Of a stretch of DNA of 64,000 nucleotides, positions 56,084-64,000 are shown piece by piece. The first letter of the stretch is position 1; every line of letters starts with the position of its first letter. Source of the stretch: a virus; IMG/VR virus record IMGVR_UViG_3300037483_000594, positions 64,001 to 128,000 of that record. The stretch is one strand, 5' to 3'. Below the pieces are notes generated by a model. The model was not told the origin of the DNA. It searched no databases and worked only from the letters and a program-made list of their open reading frames with translations. The position numbers and the translations under genes are program-made.

Positions 56084-56554
56084 TCAGGACAGGGGGGCTT
56101 CGGCGGGCTTTCCCTTCGTGTTCTTCTTGTTCTTGGTGTTGGGCGTGGTGTCATCCTCTGGCAGGTTGAGTTCTCGCAGGATCAGATCCAGTTTTCCGGC
56201 GACCGAGGTCGCGTTCTGAGCCGTTTCGTTCACCATCTGGTGGACGTAGGCGGTGTTCCTCGCCACCGCCGCAGCCAGCTCTTCGACGCCGGCGTCGGTG
56301 GTGCGAGCCATCGACACGGCGTGTGCGGCGTCCTCGGACGCCTGGCGGATCACTTCCGCCGTCGGGTTCTGGTCCAGCAAGCGGGACGCCACGTTCCCGC
56401 CGATGACCAGCGCCGTCGGGGCAGCAGCGACCGTGATCTGCGTCGCGAGAGACGCGCCAGGAACGAAGGAACGGACGAGTGCCAAGGACGCGCCACCAGC
56501 GGTGGCGCCAGACAGAACGCACTTCCCCCAGAACAGAACTTCAGTCTTCCACAT
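56084..56554 (-). CDS. early membrane protein
   Basis: GGAGG RBS; two N-terminal hydrophobic segments. Confidence 0.65.
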   Translation of the reverse strand: MWKTEVLFWGKCVLSGATAGGASLALVRSFVPGASLATQITVAAAPTALVIGGNVASRLLDQNPTAEVIRQASEDAAHAVSMARTTDAGVEELAAAVARNTAYVHQMVNETAQNATSVAGKLDLILRELNLPEDDTTPNTKNKKNTKGKPAEAPLS

Positions 56555-56597
56555 AGCATAGCCTCCTGACAGCAAGGGCTATGTACTTGCTGTCATA

Positions 56598-56607
56598 TAC
56601 TTATCCC
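56598..56607 (-). promoter_or_regulatory. promoter variant GGGATAAGTA
   Basis: ATAAG core in the same position; followed by hairpin TGACAGCAAG/CTTGCTGTCA. Confidence 0.5.
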
Positions 56608-56626
56608 ACCGAAATGACTAGATATT

Positions 56627-57220
56627 TCACTTTTTGCGGGAGAGGGAGGCGACTTGCCGGGAGCCGGTACCTTCGGTGTTGCTGAGCCCTCCTGCTTTTT
56701 TAAAAGTGAGGGCAAGGGCATCGAAGGTGTCGATCTCTTCGAGGATGGCGTGGTTGAGGAACTGGCGGTGAGGGGGGGTGAGGGGGTCGCGGGTGGTGAA
56801 GAAGGCGGCGATCTTGGTGAGGTTCTTCCGGCCCATTTGGTACTTGACGTAGAGGGTGCGCAGGGGCTCGGACATGGAGAGCTCGGGGTCGTGGGTGATG
56901 ACCCTCATAGCGCGCACGCACACCCGGAAGAAGGTGAGCCAGGAGTCGGTGACCTGCAGGCTGGTGTTGATGCGTTCTATCTCGGCTTCGGTGAGGCGGA
57001 GAAGCACCTCTCCGAACTTGGCGAGCAAGAGGGCGTCGAACGTAGGCTCGGAGAGCACCCTTTCTGCGGTGGTGTAGAGCAGCGCGAGCTCAGCGTCTGT
57101 CATAGCGACGTAGGTTGTCGCGGCCAATTGGTTCAGCTCGTACAGAGTGTCCACAGAAGCCTGGAGCTTTTCAATGCGCTGCTCCAGCACCTGCACTTTT
57201 AACGAAAGGTCGGCGTCCAT
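56627..57220 (-). CDS. hypothetical helical protein
   Basis: N-terminal coiled coil. Confidence 0.65.
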   Translation of the reverse strand: MDADLSLKVQVLEQRIEKLQASVDTLYELNQLAATTYVAMTDAELALLYTTAERVLSEPTFDALLLAKFGEVLLRLTEAEIERINTSLQVTDSWLTFFRVCVRAMRVITHDPELSMSEPLRTLYVKYQMGRKNLTKIAAFFTTRDPLTPPHRQFLNHAILEEIDTFDALALTFKKAGGLSNTEGTGSRQVASLSRKK

Positions 57221-57322
57221 CGCTTGACTGTAGCCCAAGTTTGTGCCCTCGTCGATGATCACTATTTTTGTTTTTGTTTGTTATTGCCTACTTCAGTGTT
57301 ACTGTGGTTGTAGGTATACACG

Positions 57323-58093
57323 ATGGAAGTCGAGCCGCGGCGGTTAGAGGTGTTGGGTGATCAGGCCAGTGAGATGTTTGCGAACGGAGAGTGCTCGCTG
57401 AACGACGCGGTGGCTACCGTGGTAGGGCGGGGGAAGCTGGGTAGCGACCACGTGAAGCGAGTAGTGGAGTTTGCGAACAACAAGGCCTTTGGCCGGTTGT
57501 TCAAGAACACCAAGGCAAACAGCAGGCTTGTGAACTTCGCTGGAGGCCCGGCGAGCCCGGACGTGGTTCTGGGCAAGATGGAGGCTACCATGGTCAAGGC
57601 AGCCGAGTACAGGAGGGGGGCCGAGGGGTTTGAGTTCGCGGTTCTCGGCGAAGAGTTCGAGAAGGTGGCCCAGGCTCCCTCCCGGGACGAGGAGTTGCGC
57701 GACTACTTGCACCTCAAGCAGGAGCTGGAGAAGCTCAGCTTTGAGCTGGGGGTGCGTCTGTCGAGGTACGAACGCGCGGTGGACACCCTTTGCAAGGAGG
57801 CGCAGCGGGTGGTGCAGGGGGGCGGAAGCATCACTGACGTGGCGCAGGCCATCTCCGAGCTGTCTCCGAACTCTTCGGTGACCAAACTCGCGCTCAAGCA
57901 GCTCAGCGCTGCCCTTGGGGACACGCCAGCGGCTCACGTGAAGGTGGCGGGCGTCCGCGAGCTCGACGTGGCGCACCCGCTGTGCACTGCTTTCGAGAAG
58001 TTCGCCACTGCCGCTTTGGACTACTACTCCACCGCTGCTGACGCAGACGCGCTTCGTGGTATCCTGAAGGAAGCGCGAACGCTTCTACAGTAG
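57323..58093 (+). CDS. K-x-A head-associated protein
   Basis: VKAA, EKVA, CKEA, VKVA, EKFA. Confidence 0.75.
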   Translation: MEVEPRRLEVLGDQASEMFANGECSLNDAVATVVGRGKLGSDHVKRVVEFANNKAFGRLFKNTKANSRLVNFAGGPASPDVVLGKMEATMVKAAEYRRGAEGFEFAVLGEEFEKVAQAPSRDEELRDYLHLKQELEKLSFELGVRLSRYERAVDTLCKEAQRVVQGGGSITDVAQAISELSPNSSVTKLALKQLSAALGDTPAAHVKVAGVRELDVAHPLCTAFEKFATAALDYYSTAADADALRGILKEARTLLQ

Positions 58094-58101
58094 GAGGGCG
58101 C

Positions 58102-58458
58102 ATGTTCAGCTTACTCGACAAATCAGCCAAGTTGGCGAGTGTCCTTGGGACGGTGGGCCGAGGGGCCGCCGGTGCCTACGACGTGATCGGCTCGGGGACT
58201 GCCGGGATGGCCGACGCCATCAGGCGGCTCTCCGCGGCCGGGTCCGCTACCGGGCAAGCGTCTGGGGTGGCGAACACCGCAGCGGGGCTGGTGCGCGCGG
58301 CGCCGTGGCTGGCGGGCGGGGCCCTTGCAGCCAAGGGGGTCAACGACGTGGCCGGAGACCCCGTGGGGCGTGAGATCGAGTTCCAGAAGGAACAGATGCG
58401 CCAGCGGCTTGCCCAGACCAGGGCTGTCTGGGACCCGGACAGGGGGATGATGCTGTGA
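58102..58458 (+). CDS. Gly/Ala-rich K-x-A protein
   Basis: DKSA, AKLAS. Confidence 0.7.
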   Translation: MFSLLDKSAKLASVLGTVGRGAAGAYDVIGSGTAGMADAIRRLSAAGSATGQASGVANTAAGLVRAAPWLAGGALAAKGVNDVAGDPVGREIEFQKEQMRQRLAQTRAVWDPDRGMML

Positions 58459-59042
58459 CACCAATCGACGAGTTCGCAGCGCTCGAAAAAACGGCTTTCA
58501 ACTGGGCACACCCGGCTGTAGGGGTAGCTTCCGCGGTGGCTGCCCCACTGGTGGTGACCGGGATCGCTGCCGGGCTGGGGGCTGCCAAGGACGCTATCGT
58601 CAAGGCTCGTGGATTTCGGCAGATGGTCGAGCGCAACCCGGAGCTGCAGGACCAGCCTGCCGCGCTTGTGAAGGAGCGGTACAACTCGCTCTACCGCATC
58701 TCCCCCACGATAATGAGCGACCCTGTCTCCGCAGGGGGGATCATGCGGGGCTTGGACACCTACGGCGGGATGCTTCATCCCAACGCGGTCAAGGAGCTGG
58801 CGGACGCGGAGAACAAGATGCACCGTCCCCTGTCCCCGATGATGAACCAGCTCATGTCGAGTACGACCCAGGCCATGGCAAACATGCCCGCTAGCTTCAT
58901 GGCCGCTGACCGGGATCGGTTGAAGGCCGAGGATATGCTTCAGGCGCAGCAGCTCGCCCGGCGCAAGGCCACCCTTGAGCAGGCGAAGTTCAAGCTGGAC
59001 AAAAAGCGGTTCAACCGCGATGAGCTCAGCTACTGGGACTAG
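58455..59042 (+). CDS. K-x-A protein with hydrophobic segment
   Basis: LEKTA; GTGA overlap with the previous gene. Confidence 0.7.
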   Translation: MTPIDEFAALEKTAFNWAHPAVGVASAVAAPLVVTGIAAGLGAAKDAIVKARGFRQMVERNPELQDQPAALVKERYNSLYRISPTIMSDPVSAGGIMRGLDTYGGMLHPNAVKELADAENKMHRPLSPMMNQLMSSTTQAMANMPASFMAADRDRLKAEDMLQAQQLARRKATLEQAKFKLDKKRFNRDELSYWD

Positions 59043-59043
59043 C

Positions 59044-59892
59044 ATGCTCTACAAAGTCGCCACGGTACTGAGTCACGGGGAGGAGGACGGGTACACCCGG
59101 CTTGTCTACCCGCGTGGGTACAACGACCATCTCGAAAAAACAGCGTCGGACCCTGTTGCCATCGAGGCGCTGCGTTCGTTTGCCCACGAGCACCTTCCGC
59201 AGGACTCGGACAAGGTGCACACGCTGATAAGTGCGATGGGCGCAAGCGAGTACTACGGGAGCAACTCCAACGGGGACATCTTTTCCGAGCGTGCCTTGCA
59301 GCACAAGCCCGAGCGGTGGGACACCATGTCCTACCAGCAGCAGAAGACCGAGGGGAAGCAGTGGGAGTGGGGGTTCCCCACCTTCTACAACGCGCTGCAG
59401 TTCATGCACCACGGCAACAAAGTGCCGGAGAAGGCCATCGGCACCGTAGAGTACACCACGTGGGACGACCACATGAAGCGTGTGCTCCTGATCGTGTCGT
59501 TTAGCCGTGGAGCAGCGGACAAGTTCGGGGGGTCCAACACCATCCGTAAGATCGACGCCGGGGAGCCCGTGGCCGTGTCCATGGGGGCTCGCCTGCTCTT
59601 CGACTACTGCTCGGTGTGTGTAGACTGGCCGCGCCTCGTGCCGTTCGGAGACAACCCCACCGCTATCTTGACCGAACACCACCGCAAGCCTATTCGGGGG
59701 GTGAGCACGGACAAGAACGGGTACTGTACCCATATCCGCACCCAGAACAACGCCATCCTCCCGAACGGAGTGCGGGTGGGCATGATCAACCCCTACCCAC
59801 GCTTCTTCGACATCTCCGCAGTCTACATCGGGGCGGACAAGACCTCCTTTGTGCTGGCCAAGCTGGCAAGCGCTCCTTTGTGGGTAGCGTGA
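59044..59892 (+). CDS. putative prohead (maturation) protease
   Basis: N.NGD.F, F.HH.N, VSMG, CxxC, FFDIS.V..GAD (HK97/herpes-like protease pattern). Confidence 0.6.
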   Translation: MLYKVATVLSHGEEDGYTRLVYPRGYNDHLEKTASDPVAIEALRSFAHEHLPQDSDKVHTLISAMGASEYYGSNSNGDIFSERALQHKPERWDTMSYQQQKTEGKQWEWGFPTFYNALQFMHHGNKVPEKAIGTVEYTTWDDHMKRVLLIVSFSRGAADKFGGSNTIRKIDAGEPVAVSMGARLLFDYCSVCVDWPRLVPFGDNPTAILTEHHRKPIRGVSTDKNGYCTHIRTQNNAILPNGVRVGMINPYPRFFDISAVYIGADKTSFVLAKLASAPLWVA

Positions 59893-61313
59893 GACGTGCG
59901 GTGGCCGAGGCGCTCGGGCTGTGCGGTGAGCTGCTGAAGCTTGCCAAGGAGTTCGCCCCGGGTATCCCCGCCCGCAAGATAGAAGACATCCCCACCGTGC
60001 CCCACGAAGGGGAGAACAAGACCTGGCAGTTTAGCGCAGCGAAGCACCCCGCTGCCGTCCGGGGTGACCACATCGACCTGAGGTTGGTCGACGAGCGCGG
60101 GCGCGCCCACTCCTGGGCTACCAACCGTCTCCCCGAGCCTGGAGAGGGCTCCTTTGCGGCACAGCAGCCAACGCACACAGGACGGTACGCCTTGCGGAAA
60201 AAGCCGTTTGCTATCCCTCCTGGGTACGGGGGTACGCGCCCGGGGGAGAAGGTGACCCCCCTCGTGGTGCAGCCCACCGAGGTGATCAGCGCCAACAACG
60301 AGCGTGTGCACCTGCTCCGACACCACGGCCAAGAGACTGACGAGCTCGTTCTCCGCAAGCTCCCGGTCACGGAGGGCAAGAAGCCACTGTGGATGTTGCG
60401 TAACGTCACCAAGCGCCGCGGGGACCTCCCCGACTACAAGCCGAAGTACAAGGACACACGCCCGGCGGACATAGACTTCGAGAACACCGACCAGGTCATG
60501 CTCCCGAAGCTGGACGGAAGCCATGCGCTCCTTGAGCTGAACAACGGAGAGATGATGCGCGTGTACTCCTACCGCCCCACTGCGCGCAAGACCGGGGTCA
60601 TCGAGCACACTTTCAAGTTCCCCGGTTTTCAAAATGTGAAGGGCACCCCCGAGACCGCAAGGACCTTGGTCCGGGCGGAGGTGTGGGGCTCGGACAAAGC
60701 GGGGAAGGCCATCTCGGCAGCGCAGTTGGGTGGTATCCTGAACTCGTCTGTCCCCAACGCCCGGCGCAAGCTGGACGAGGGTGTGCTCATGCGGCTGACC
60801 GGGATCGATGTGGTACGTCACAAAGGGAAGAACATGGAGGGTGCTCCCTTCGGGGAGAAGCTCAAGGTCCTCCAACAGGTCACCGACGCCACCAAGGGGG
60901 TCGTTGAACTCCCGGAGATGGCGCGCACCGCGGAAGAGAAACGGAAGCTCCTCTCCGCTATCGAGAGCGGCAGCTACCCAGCCACAAAAGAGGGAGTCGT
61001 TCTCCGCTCTTTAAAAAGTGGGGCTCCTCCAGTACGCTCCAAGTTCAGACCGGACACTGATGTTTACGTGACCGGGGTGTTTACGAAGCCGAGGGGGGAA
61101 GCGCGGGGGATGGCAGGGGGGTTCACGTACTCGCACGCCCCCGGGGGGCCGACGGTGGGCCGGGTGGGGACAGGGTTCACACAGGCGGAACGCCAGCGCA
61201 TGCTGCGTGCCCCAGAGGAGTACGTGGGGAGGGCAGCCAAGGTGCTAAGCCTTGGGAAGACGGAGGGTGCGCTCCGGGCACCGAGCTTTGCGGAGTGGCA
61301 TCTCGACAAGTAG
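59889..61313 (+). CDS. LigD-like 3'-phosphoesterase fused to an ATP-dependent DNA ligase
   Basis: H.A...HIDLRL, SWA, TH...Y (phosphoesterase); KLDG, EGVV, VGTGF (ligase + OB); GTGA-coupled start. Confidence 0.8.
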   Translation: MRRAVAEALGLCGELLKLAKEFAPGIPARKIEDIPTVPHEGENKTWQFSAAKHPAAVRGDHIDLRLVDERGRAHSWATNRLPEPGEGSFAAQQPTHTGRYALRKKPFAIPPGYGGTRPGEKVTPLVVQPTEVISANNERVHLLRHHGQETDELVLRKLPVTEGKKPLWMLRNVTKRRGDLPDYKPKYKDTRPADIDFENTDQVMLPKLDGSHALLELNNGEMMRVYSYRPTARKTGVIEHTFKFPGFQNVKGTPETARTLVRAEVWGSDKAGKAISAAQLGGILNSSVPNARRKLDEGVLMRLTGIDVVRHKGKNMEGAPFGEKLKVLQQVTDATKGVVELPEMARTAEEKRKLLSAIESGSYPATKEGVVLRSLKSGAPPVRSKFRPDTDVYVTGVFTKPRGEARGMAGGFTYSHAPGGPTVGRVGTGFTQAERQRMLRAPEEYVGRAAKVLSLGKTEGALRAPSFAEWHLDK

Positions 61314-61322
61314 GAGGGTGTT

Positions 61323-62186
61323 GTGGCAAAGACAGCCGAGTACCTGGACTTCTCGTACATCCCGCCAGAGACCGAGGCAGAGCTGAACAGGGACCTGCGG
61401 AGAGCGCACAAGTTCATCGACACCTCCAAGCTGGCCTCACAGGAAAAAGAGGCCATCATCGACAAACAGGTGCGCAGCAACTTCGAGGGCAACCTGAACG
61501 CCTTTACCGCCGCCGAGCCCTCACTGCCCACAGGGCTCCTTAACACGCTCGGCTCTGCCCTCTCCGAAGCGCTCTCCTCTTCCGGCGGGATGGTCATCGT
61601 TATCAAGCCCCGGGAGTTCCAGCGTATGTACCTCGGCCACCTCGGCCGCCGCGACGTTGCTGACCAGCTCGACCAGTGTCACGGCATGTTCCGCCCCGGC
61701 GCTCCCCCAGACCCCGACTTTTTAATGGGTGACACCATCGTCCCCAAGATCCTGCAGGCGCTCATGCCCCTCATGCAGGACCGCAGTGCCATGGCCCCCT
61801 GCATCCACCGACGGGTCGTGCTCAGTGGAGTGATCAAACCCCGAGGGAACTCTGATCAGTTTATCGAACATCCGTTGATGGACAAGATTTCGAGCGCGTA
61901 CAGTGCGTACCGGCAGCAGCTTTTGTACAACCTTCCGGAGTTGGTAAAAAGCGCGTCGCGCACAGAAGAGATGCGACACTTTTTCAACGAGCTGTCCGGG
62001 GGTGATCACTCTTGGATTGCGAAGACGGCGTCTTCTATGATGGAATCAACGTTAACGATGTTGCCGATTTCGTATGTTAACTGTGCTCATCTCTCTGGTC
62101 CTGTGAGCCCCTTCGTGTCCGACAACTGCTCTTACAGGGGGCTGCAGAAGGCAGGAGCTTACGCACAGGCCAGTGGTTTGGTGTAG
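61323..62186 (+). CDS. K-x-A head-associated protein
   Basis: AKTA, SKLAS, VKSAS, AKTAS. Confidence 0.7.
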   Translation: MAKTAEYLDFSYIPPETEAELNRDLRRAHKFIDTSKLASQEKEAIIDKQVRSNFEGNLNAFTAAEPSLPTGLLNTLGSALSEALSSSGGMVIVIKPREFQRMYLGHLGRRDVADQLDQCHGMFRPGAPPDPDFLMGDTIVPKILQALMPLMQDRSAMAPCIHRRVVLSGVIKPRGNSDQFIEHPLMDKISSAYSAYRQQLLYNLPELVKSASRTEEMRHFFNELSGGDHSWIAKTASSMMESTLTMLPISYVNCAHLSGPVSPFVSDNCSYRGLQKAGAYAQASGLV

Positions 62187-62243
62187 GTCACGTCAGTGCC
62201 CGATGATCGCCAACAGTTAACAAGCGGCTAACAGGAGGAAACA

Positions 62244-63122
62244 ATGGACGAGACCTACGAGTGGCTCAAGGGATACTTTGGGATGGACAAAGAGGCGAGT
62301 GCGGCCAAGGAGCAGGAAGTCTCCGTGGCCCAAGAGAAGATCGCCTCGGACCTGCTGTTCGCGCGGAGTGCCGTCGAACAGCTCGAGAAGGACGCCGCGG
62401 CGTCCGGTGTCGACCTGACGCAGTACGATGATGACGCCATCCTGCAGCTCGCGCTCGAGCGGGCGCAGGGCACCCAGGAGAAGACCGCTGGTCAGCAGAT
62501 GACCCCGGAGCAGGAGTTCGTGGAGCTGCACAAGTTCGCCGGGCAGATCCAGGGCTTCTCCGCGTTCCAGACGCTGCAACAGCTCCTGAAGGAGGGCGCG
62601 GCGGCCGAAGAGGTGGCGAGCGCGAGTGGGAAGCTGAAGAATCTCGGCTCCAAGGCCTGGGACGCACTGAAGGGCGCGGAGCGCAAGGCCAGCGGCGCCG
62701 TGGGCGATGCCACCCGCACGTCCGGGCAGAAGAGCAAGGCGTGGGAAGACGCGGCCAAGTCGGTCAAGGAGGAAGAGTCCGCCCTGCTCTCACCTCGCGG
62801 GAAGATGAACCTGACGGAACAGCGGGTGAAGGACGAGCAGTTGTCCCGTGGCCGGAAGATCATCGGCGGCACGGCGGCAGCCCTGGGTGTCGGTGGAGCC
62901 GGTGCGGTGGCAGCCACCAAGAAGGACGGCAAGACCGCCGAGGCGTCCGCGGTGGAGAACCTGATCGAGCTCCGACAGATCGACATGCTCAAGGAGGCCG
63001 GGTACGTGGACCAAAACGGGAACGTCGTGGCCCCCGATGCGCCGCAGGAGAAGACTGCGGAGTTCATGTCCGCGATCGACGCGGAAGCGCTGCGCCGCTT
63101 GCACAAGCTCGGCTACCGCTAA
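62244..63122 (+). CDS. scaffold-like K-x-A-rich protein
   Basis: AGGAGG RBS; DKEAS, EKIAS, two EKTA, HKFA. Confidence 0.75.
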   Translation: MDETYEWLKGYFGMDKEASAAKEQEVSVAQEKIASDLLFARSAVEQLEKDAAASGVDLTQYDDDAILQLALERAQGTQEKTAGQQMTPEQEFVELHKFAGQIQGFSAFQTLQQLLKEGAAAEEVASASGKLKNLGSKAWDALKGAERKASGAVGDATRTSGQKSKAWEDAAKSVKEEESALLSPRGKMNLTEQRVKDEQLSRGRKIIGGTAAALGVGGAGAVAATKKDGKTAEASAVENLIELRQIDMLKEAGYVDQNGNVVAPDAPQEKTAEFMSAIDAEALRRLHKLGYR

Positions 63123-63137
63123 CCCAGGAGGTGTGAC

Positions 63138-64000
63138 ATGAATCGCATTGCAGAGCTTGTTCAACGGAGTCTTCACCGGACTTCTGGGATGCAGAAGCTG
63201 GCTGAGGACATCGTTGACAAGCGGTGTGAGCAGTGCGGGAAGGCGATCCCTCCGGACACCGAGCTTTGTGAAGAGTGCGCAGCCCAAAAGGCTGCCACAG
63301 AGGCGCAGAGCATGGGTGCCGAAGGGCCAGCACCCGCACTCGAGGTCACCGCAGGGCTCCTTGACCCGGCAAGGGTCGAGAAGCTGGCCATGGCGATGGA
63401 CTACCTGGCCGCGAACCCGCATACGGTCGACTGGGCTGACGTGATCAAACGGTCTTCGGACATGGGTGCGCCGATGACCGACGAGAACTCTCCGCCACCC
63501 CCGGCATCGACCATCGAGCTGGGCTCCTCCAAGGAGCACCCCACCCTGGACAACCCCCTGAAGCCCGGTGGGGAGCCTGGGGAGCTGCGCACCGACGAGA
63601 ACGTGGTGCCCGAGATGGCGCCAAAGACTGCTGCTATCAACCCGCACATAACCGACGTCCTCTCCACGATTCGTGGAGCTGCTATCCCGACAGGAGTTGG
63701 GGCGGGTACCCTGCTGGGCACGGGGGTTGGGGCTGCGACAGGTGCTCTTGCCGCTGGGGAAGACCAGCGTGGCGCAGGAGCGTTGCGTGGGGCACTCATC
63801 GGCGCCGGTACCGGTGCAGTCGGTGGTGGTCTTCAAGGGTTGGCGCTTCGGCGGGGCGCCGGGCACGCCATAGAGGGGTTGGAAACGATTTCGGACCCGG
63901 CGCTGCTCGCCCGGCTCGGGCAGGAAAAACTCCCGTCCAATGCGTTCAGGGATCTTATGAAGGACCCGGACATGGCGACGGCCATCATGGGGTCTGGCAT
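63138..64000 (+). CDS. K-x-A protein with Zn ribbon and glycine zipper, runs off the window (not in ORF track)
   Basis: AGGAGGTG RBS; MNRIAEL...QKLA...CEQC...CEEC...EKLA...PKTAA. Confidence 0.75.
   Translation, partial: MNRIAELVQRSLHRTSGMQKLAEDIVDKRCEQCGKAIPPDTELCEECAAQKAATEAQSMGAEGPAPALEVTAGLLDPARVEKLAMAMDYLAANPHTVDWADVIKRSSDMGAPMTDENSPPPPASTIELGSSKEHPTLDNPLKPGGEPGELRTDENVVPEMAPKTAAINPHITDVLSTIRGAAIPTGVGAGTLLGTGVGAATGALAAGEDQRGAGALRGALIGAGTGAVGGGLQGLALRRGAGHAIEGLETISDPALLARLGQEKLPSNAFRDLMKDPDMATAIMGSG

Noticed and set aside
59616-59892. Programmed frameshift or long N-terminal extension joining protease and ligase
   Set aside because: A GTGA stop/start overlap at 59889-59892 explains the junction; no slippery heptamer

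Overview
64 kb of a large, GC-rich tailed phage genome (Caudoviricetes-like); no host genes are evident. The + strand carries virion and late genes: baseplate/tail, putative lysis genes, portal, terminase, a prohead-protease-like protein, many K-x-A-motif proteins, a Nudix hydrolase, a LigD-like ligase, and a single-chain beta-beta' RNA polymerase with 3 inteins. The - strand carries early and replication genes: PolA with an intein, primase, DnaB, SSB, RecA, two resolvases, a Cas4-like nuclease, a UDG-like protein and an SF2 helicase. Four things stand out. (1) A retron-type reverse transcriptase inside the replication operon, with a ~300-nt highly structured upstream RNA and an inverted repeat bracketing its ORF. 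(2) An early operon in which a Csx3/Crn3-like cA4 ring nuclease is flanked by two tRNA-like RNAs with defective anticodon arms, downstream of tRNA-Val; a further CCA-ended mini-tRNA abuts another early gene's RBS. (3) A two-promoter logic: a GTTATAAGAA motif before - strand units, back-to-back with sigma70-like promoters before + strand units. (4) An in-frame amber codon splitting the Cas4-like nuclease. All family calls come from motif recognition by eye; no searches were run.
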